Shown here one piece after another: positions 62,527-64,000 of a DNA stretch of 64,000 bases (positions within the stretch are counted from its first letter, which is position 1; each line of letters opens with the position of its first letter). The translations under genes and the position numbers were made by a program. The notes under the pieces were generated by a model that was given only the letters and a program-made list of their open reading frames with translations, did not search any database and was not told the origin of the DNA. The stretch lies in the NCBI GenBank assembly GCA_964474455.1, contig CAYYSU010000007.1, positions 760 to 64,759 on the forward strand, written 5' to 3'. Origin of the DNA: an uncultured Bacteroidales bacterium. GTDB taxonomy: Bacteria; Bacteroidota; Bacteroidia; Bacteroidales; BM520.

Positions 62527-64000
62527 ATGAAAAATTATCTACTATTATTGGTAGCAGGGCTGCTTTTATCTACAGCCTCCTTTGCCGGAAAACAAATTCA
62601 AAAATATCATTTTACTCAACCTGAAATAATACAAAATGGCGATTACGTTGAAATTCTTTACGACAACTGTCAGAACTTCGGCTTTGAGGGTGAACCATTG
62701 ATGCCCATGTTCAATGTCAATCTCCTGATACCTCAGGGAGAAACAATTATAGCAGTAAACATCCTAAACGTAGAGATGTGGGAAGAGACAAAAACGATAG
62801 ATATCATGCCTGCTTCCAGGCCATTTCCCATTTCACAACCTGCTAAAGATTATGTGGTAATACCAAATACAGATATCTATTATTCTGATGCTGCATATCC
62901 AAATAATAAAATAGATAATATAAATACCGGTTTCCTCGCCGGGCATAGTATCGGAACGTTTACTATCAGTCCTGTCAGCTGGATTCCTTCTACGGGAGAA
63001 GCATCGTTCATAAAAAATATCTCCATTGAAGTAATAACAGATAAGAGCGATAAAAAAGCATCTTTTATTGCAAAAAGAGATGAAATTGTAAAAAGCCGTA
63101 TTGAAGCGCTTGTGGAGAACCCTCAAATGATGGATAATTATCACTATCAAACAGTGAAAACGGAAAATGAAAATGATCTCCTGATAATTACCAACCAGGA
63201 GCTTAAACCCGACTTTGAAACTTATGTGACATTCAAACAGTCCACAGGTTATTATACAGAAATTGTAACTGTTGAAGATATTTATGCCAACTATGATGGT
63301 CAGGACAATCAGGAGAAAATCCGTAACTGTATTATTGATTATTATACCAACCACAACACACAATTTGTGATCCTGGGAGGTGACAGTGACCCTGCCAACA
63401 GTGCCGACTACATCATCCCTCATCGTGGCTTTTTTGCTCAGGATGAATATGATATCCCTTCCGATATGTATTACTGCTGTCTGGATGGCACATGGAATGA
63501 TAACGGCAATAACAAATGGGGCGAAGCAAATGAGACTGATCTCTTTGCTGAAGTTTTGATAGGACGCTTTTGTGTTGACCAAAGTAGCGAGATATATAAT
63601 CTTATCCAGAAAAATATCAGCTACCAGACGACTCCTGTAGTTGAAGATATTGAAAAAGCAATTATGATCGGCGAGCTGCTTGACAACAACCCTACTTATG
63701 GTGGAAATTATAAAGATCAGATCCTAAATGGCTCCTCGGCAAATGGTTATACTACCGCTGGTTTCCCGGAAAATTTTTCTGTGGAGACAATCTATGACAG
63801 AGATCAAAACTGGAATAAGTACACCATATTCGACAAATTTAATAATGATGGTATCAACCTAATGAATCATCTGGGTCACTCATTTACTGATTATAATATG
63901 AAAATGTACTGTAGTGATGTAACCTTGCAGAACTTCACAAACGATGGTGTTACCAGAGGTTTTGCCATCGGATACAGCCAGGGATGTTATAATGGCTCTT
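62527..64000 (+). CDS. Peptidase C25 (gingipain-like cysteine peptidase), N-terminal ~491 aa; 3' end lies outside the window
   Basis: Absent from the ORF track because no stop is reached. ATG at 62527, open to 64000. Signal peptide MKNYLLLLVAGLLLSTASFA. C25 hallmarks are FVILGGDSD...IPHRGF, SDMYYCCLDGTWND...AEVLIGRF, a candidate catalytic His (MNHLGHS) and Cys (GYSQGCYNGS). Confidence 0.75.
   Translation, partial: MKNYLLLLVAGLLLSTASFAGKQIQKYHFTQPEIIQNGDYVEILYDNCQNFGFEGEPLMPMFNVNLLIPQGETIIAVNILNVEMWEETKTIDIMPASRPFPISQPAKDYVVIPNTDIYYSDAAYPNNKIDNINTGFLAGHSIGTFTISPVSWIPSTGEASFIKNISIEVITDKSDKKASFIAKRDEIVKSRIEALVENPQMMDNYHYQTVKTENENDLLIITNQELKPDFETYVTFKQSTGYYTEIVTVEDIYANYDGQDNQEKIRNCIIDYYTNHNTQFVILGGDSDPANSADYIIPHRGFFAQDEYDIPSDMYYCCLDGTWNDNGNNKWGEANETDLFAEVLIGRFCVDQSSEIYNLIQKNISYQTTPVVEDIEKAIMIGELLDNNPTYGGNYKDQILNGSSANGYTTAGFPENFSVETIYDRDQNWNKYTIFDKFNNDGINLMNHLGHSFTDYNMKMYCSDVTLQNFTNDGVTRGFAIGYSQGCYNGS

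Noticed and set aside
62833-63582. 249-aa minus-strand ORF in the provided track.
   Set aside because: It lies entirely antisense to a much better plus-strand ORF with clear C25 peptidase motifs. Its translation is low-complexity and rich in I, F and C, with no recognisable domain.
1-64000. I looked for CRISPR arrays, tRNA/rRNA genes, transposases, integrases, toxin-antitoxin pairs and recognisable defence-system genes.
   Set aside because: I found no regularly spaced repeats of 25-40 nt, no tRNA-like T-arm (GGTTCGAATCC-type) in the intergenic regions, and no ORF with recombinase, nuclease or helicase motifs typical of mobile or defence elements. A covariance-model scan would be needed to exclude small RNAs fully.

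Overview
This is a 64-kb chromosomal segment from a Bacteroidota genome. Supporting signs are sprA, a cargo protein with a type IX secretion (T9SS) C-terminal sorting domain, a gingipain-like C25 peptidase, and repeated TAnnTTTG -7 promoter boxes. Gene density is high and most genes are housekeeping. In order they are: the ruvA 3' end, sprA, gcvH, a TonB-like gene, uvrC, thiL, a contiguous sufB-sufC-sufD-sufS-sufE-DUF59-dxs run, a serine hydrolase, NhaC and TauE transporters, dCMP deaminase, two aldehyde dehydrogenases, a PAP2-obg-adk-hpt operon, purE, an O-methyltransferase, a D-TA-type PLP enzyme, an AmmeMemoRadiSam-type radical SAM enzyme, an M16 peptidase, a TlpA / beta-barrel / Omp28-like envelope operon, and an acyl-CoA ligase. 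After the kamA operon come an M20 amidohydrolase, an MtnA-like isomerase, YgiQ, a 1741-aa T9SS cargo protein, a C69 dipeptidase, a GH92 mannosidase, an ECF sigma factor and the truncated C25 peptidase. I found no tRNA, rRNA, CRISPR array, transposase or integrase. The best candidate for an undescribed system is a tightly packed five-gene operon at 41360-46796. It encodes a lysine 2,3-aminomutase, a GNAT-like domain fused to an HDAC-family deacetylase, two paralogous non-canonical Ddl-type ATP-grasp ligases, and a small GNAT. An M20 amidohydrolase lies just downstream. This gene combination does not match the known fates of beta-lysine and looks like an uncharacterised pathway that conjugates, acetylates and deacetylates beta-lysine. 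Secondary points of interest are the domain architecture of the giant T9SS protein, a CxxC-rich envelope operon, two unusually long non-coding gaps with short repeats, and apparent leaderless promoter geometries.
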